DNA of 64,000 bases. It comes from Verrucomicrobiia bacterium (lineage in GTDB: Bacteria; Verrucomicrobiota; Verrucomicrobiia; Limisphaerales; UBA1319). Under the pieces are notes generated by a model. It did no database searches. It saw nothing but the letters and a program-made list of their open reading frames with translations, and was not told the origin of the DNA. The stretch lies in NCBI GenBank assembly GCA_963664225.1, contig OY760937.1, positions 736,001-800,000 on the forward strand. Reading direction: 5' to 3'. The position numbers and the translations under genes were made by a program. Shown piece by piece: positions 62,203 through 64,000 of this stretch (the first letter of the stretch is position 1; each line of letters starts with the position of its first letter).

Positions 62203-63999
62203 TTAGTGACGAGCGCCAACACGAACACGTATGACGGAAAAAGGCGGCAATTCAAGCGAGAAATGATCGTCTGATACATCAATGCTCGAATCCACCGGCC
62301 TTATCCTGTCGGGTGCCTTGCTGGAATTGGCGGCCCACGGAGCCTCGGCGGCGAGGGTGGTCATGTCGGCCTTGTCAGCGGCCTTGAAATCCCTGAGGGC
62401 GATATCCAGATGCATGGGACGATCTGAACCCCGATGCACGATGGACAACAACAGGCTGCCATCGGGTGCCAGAGTGGCCAGGGCGTCCACCGCGCCGTAT
62501 GTGGAACCCGTGGAAGCATTCTTTAACTCCGGCAGGACCATGGGTGCGGCGATCATCGGCGCTTTGATTTCCACGCTCACCGGGGTGGTTTCCGCGAAAG
62601 CCGCAAAGGTCGATTGCGCGAAATAACAGGGATTGGCATAAACCCGCTCCTGTTCCTTGCGCAGACCACCGCCGTGATTCACGGTGGCCGAGTGGGTGAT
62701 CATGTTTACAAAAGGAGCCAGTCTCACCGCCGCATGGTATAAGAGAATATCATAAAGCGCCTCCCCATGAGTCGCCGGAGTCACCAGGTTTTCGCGCGTC
62801 AGGCGCACCGGAAGATTTTTGTCCGATGCAGACTCCAGGTGTGCGAACATTTGCAATTCCGTGACGGCGAGATGGGGTTGTTTGACGCCGCCGCGCAGCA
62901 TGTCCTGCCGGAGCGCGGCCCATTTTGTTTCGAGCACTTCGGGGACGGCCATGAAGTCCCGATACACGTCCATGGGATCGGTTGCGGAGGAGACATTGCC
63001 GCCGATCAGCGGGTGATCTGTAATGGTTGCGATCTCGTTGGCAGCGCCCGCAATCAGGGTATCGTTCCAATTCTTACCCCAGAAAACGGGTGCTCCGCAT
63101 GCATAGAGTTGGATGGAGGAATCGGCTGCGAGAAGGACGGGTGCAAATTGATGGTATCGGTCCACGTAGCCCGACGCGGTCGTCCAATGAATCTGCCAGC
63201 GGCCCCAGAGTTCATTGCCCACTTCCCAGTGTTTGACATGGTAGGGTTCGGGATGGCCATTGGCGGCGCGCAGGGCGCCCATTGGCGAGTTGGTTGGGCC
63301 ATTGCAATACTCGACCCAACGGGCTGCTTCCTCTGGCGAGCCGTCACCGGCATTGACGCAGATCATGGGTTCGCATCCGATCTCGCGGCAAAACGCGATG
63401 AATTCGTCGGTTCCAAAAGTATTGGGTTCGACACCGCCCCAGGCGTAATTGGGTCGTGTGGGGCGCTTTTCGAGAGGGCCGACGGCATCCTGCCAATGAT
63501 AGCCGCTGACGAAATTGCCACCGGGCCATCGCAAAAGAGGGAGTTTGGAATCGCGCAGAAACCGCACCCCATCCGGGTCCGCTCCATGCACATGGTCGGC
63601 GGGGCGGAGAAAAATCCGGCTGACCACCCACTGGCCTGGAGAATCTGCGGTGATGGATAAACGATGCAAGGCGTCGGCCGATTCATCCATTCCCAGTTCG
63701 AGTTTTCCGTGGAACCATTGCCATTGAGCGTTCAGGCCTTTAATGGAAGCGGAGGCTCCGGGACGGTCTGAGCCTTTCTGATTCAAGGTTAAGGTCAGTG
63801 AGGCCACATTGGGAGACCGCGCAAAGATATCAAACTCGTATTGACGCGTACGGTGTAACGGCATGTAAAACCATTGTGCGATCCCTTGTCCTGAAGCTTT
63901 GCATTCGATGCGCTGGGCGCGGCCCGCGTTGGGGCCGGCATCGGGACTCACTTGGACGGCGTCGCGGGGGCCCTCCCGCACCCACCAGCAGGCGAGGCC
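62203..63999 (-). CDS. GH51 alpha-L-arabinofuranosidase-like protein (5' truncated by window edge)
   Basis: RWPGGNF, FGTDEF, WVEYCN, WEVGNE, VTE; frame is open to the window end. Confidence 0.9.
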   Translation of the reverse strand, partial: GLACWWVREGPRDAVQVSPDAGPNAGRAQRIECKASGQGIAQWFYMPLHRTRQYEFDIFARSPNVASLTLTLNQKGSDRPGASASIKGLNAQWQWFHGKLELGMDESADALHRLSITADSPGQWVVSRIFLRPADHVHGADPDGVRFLRDSKLPLLRWPGGNFVSGYHWQDAVGPLEKRPTRPNYAWGGVEPNTFGTDEFIAFCREIGCEPMICVNAGDGSPEEAARWVEYCNGPTNSPMGALRAANGHPEPYHVKHWEVGNELWGRWQIHWTTASGYVDRYHQFAPVLLAADSSIQLYACGAPVFWGKNWNDTLIAGAANEIATITDHPLIGGNVSSATDPMDVYRDFMAVPEVLETKWAALRQDMLRGGVKQPHLAVTELQMFAHLESASDKNLPVRLTRENLVTPATHGEALYDILLYHAAVRLAPFVNMITHSATVNHGGGLRKEQERVYANPCYFAQSTFAAFAETTPVSVEIKAPMIAAPMVLPELKNASTGSTYGAVDALATLAPDGSLLLSIVHRGSDRPMHLDIALRDFKAADKADMTTLAAEAPWAANSSKAPDRIRPVDSSIDVSDDHFSLELPPFSVIRVRVGARH

Positions 64000-64000
64000 A

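Overview
Mostly ordinary bacterial chromosome. Gene content (GH116/GH127/GH51 hydrolases, DUF2723-TPR, cobA-hemD fusion, rny-ygfA-rarA-ssrS block) suggests Verrucomicrobiota; this taxonomy is inference. Housekeeping genes (glnS, rny, rarA, 6S RNA, icd, dxs, xseB, ugd, mutT, rsmA, queE, thiM, tRNA-Ser) alternate with accessory DNA. The strongest signal is a compact IS110 element (35094-36266) whose 235-bp left non-coding end can be read as a bridge-RNA-like guide. It has two internal loops: one matches the element's own circle junction, and the other partly matches the repeat it sits in. The element has CT cores at both ends, and a sigma70-like promoter forms only on circularisation. Other notable items are a 9-heme, Ig-stalked secreted cytochrome lying between two copies of the GH116 3' end; an IS3 flanked by an abutting 213-bp direct repeat; a 22-unit GTAG-REP tandem array; clusters of 9-bp-periodic intergenic modules; an IS256 with an 8-bp TSD; and a DUF3494 ice-binding-type gene. 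All alignments and RNA folds were done by eye, without tools.
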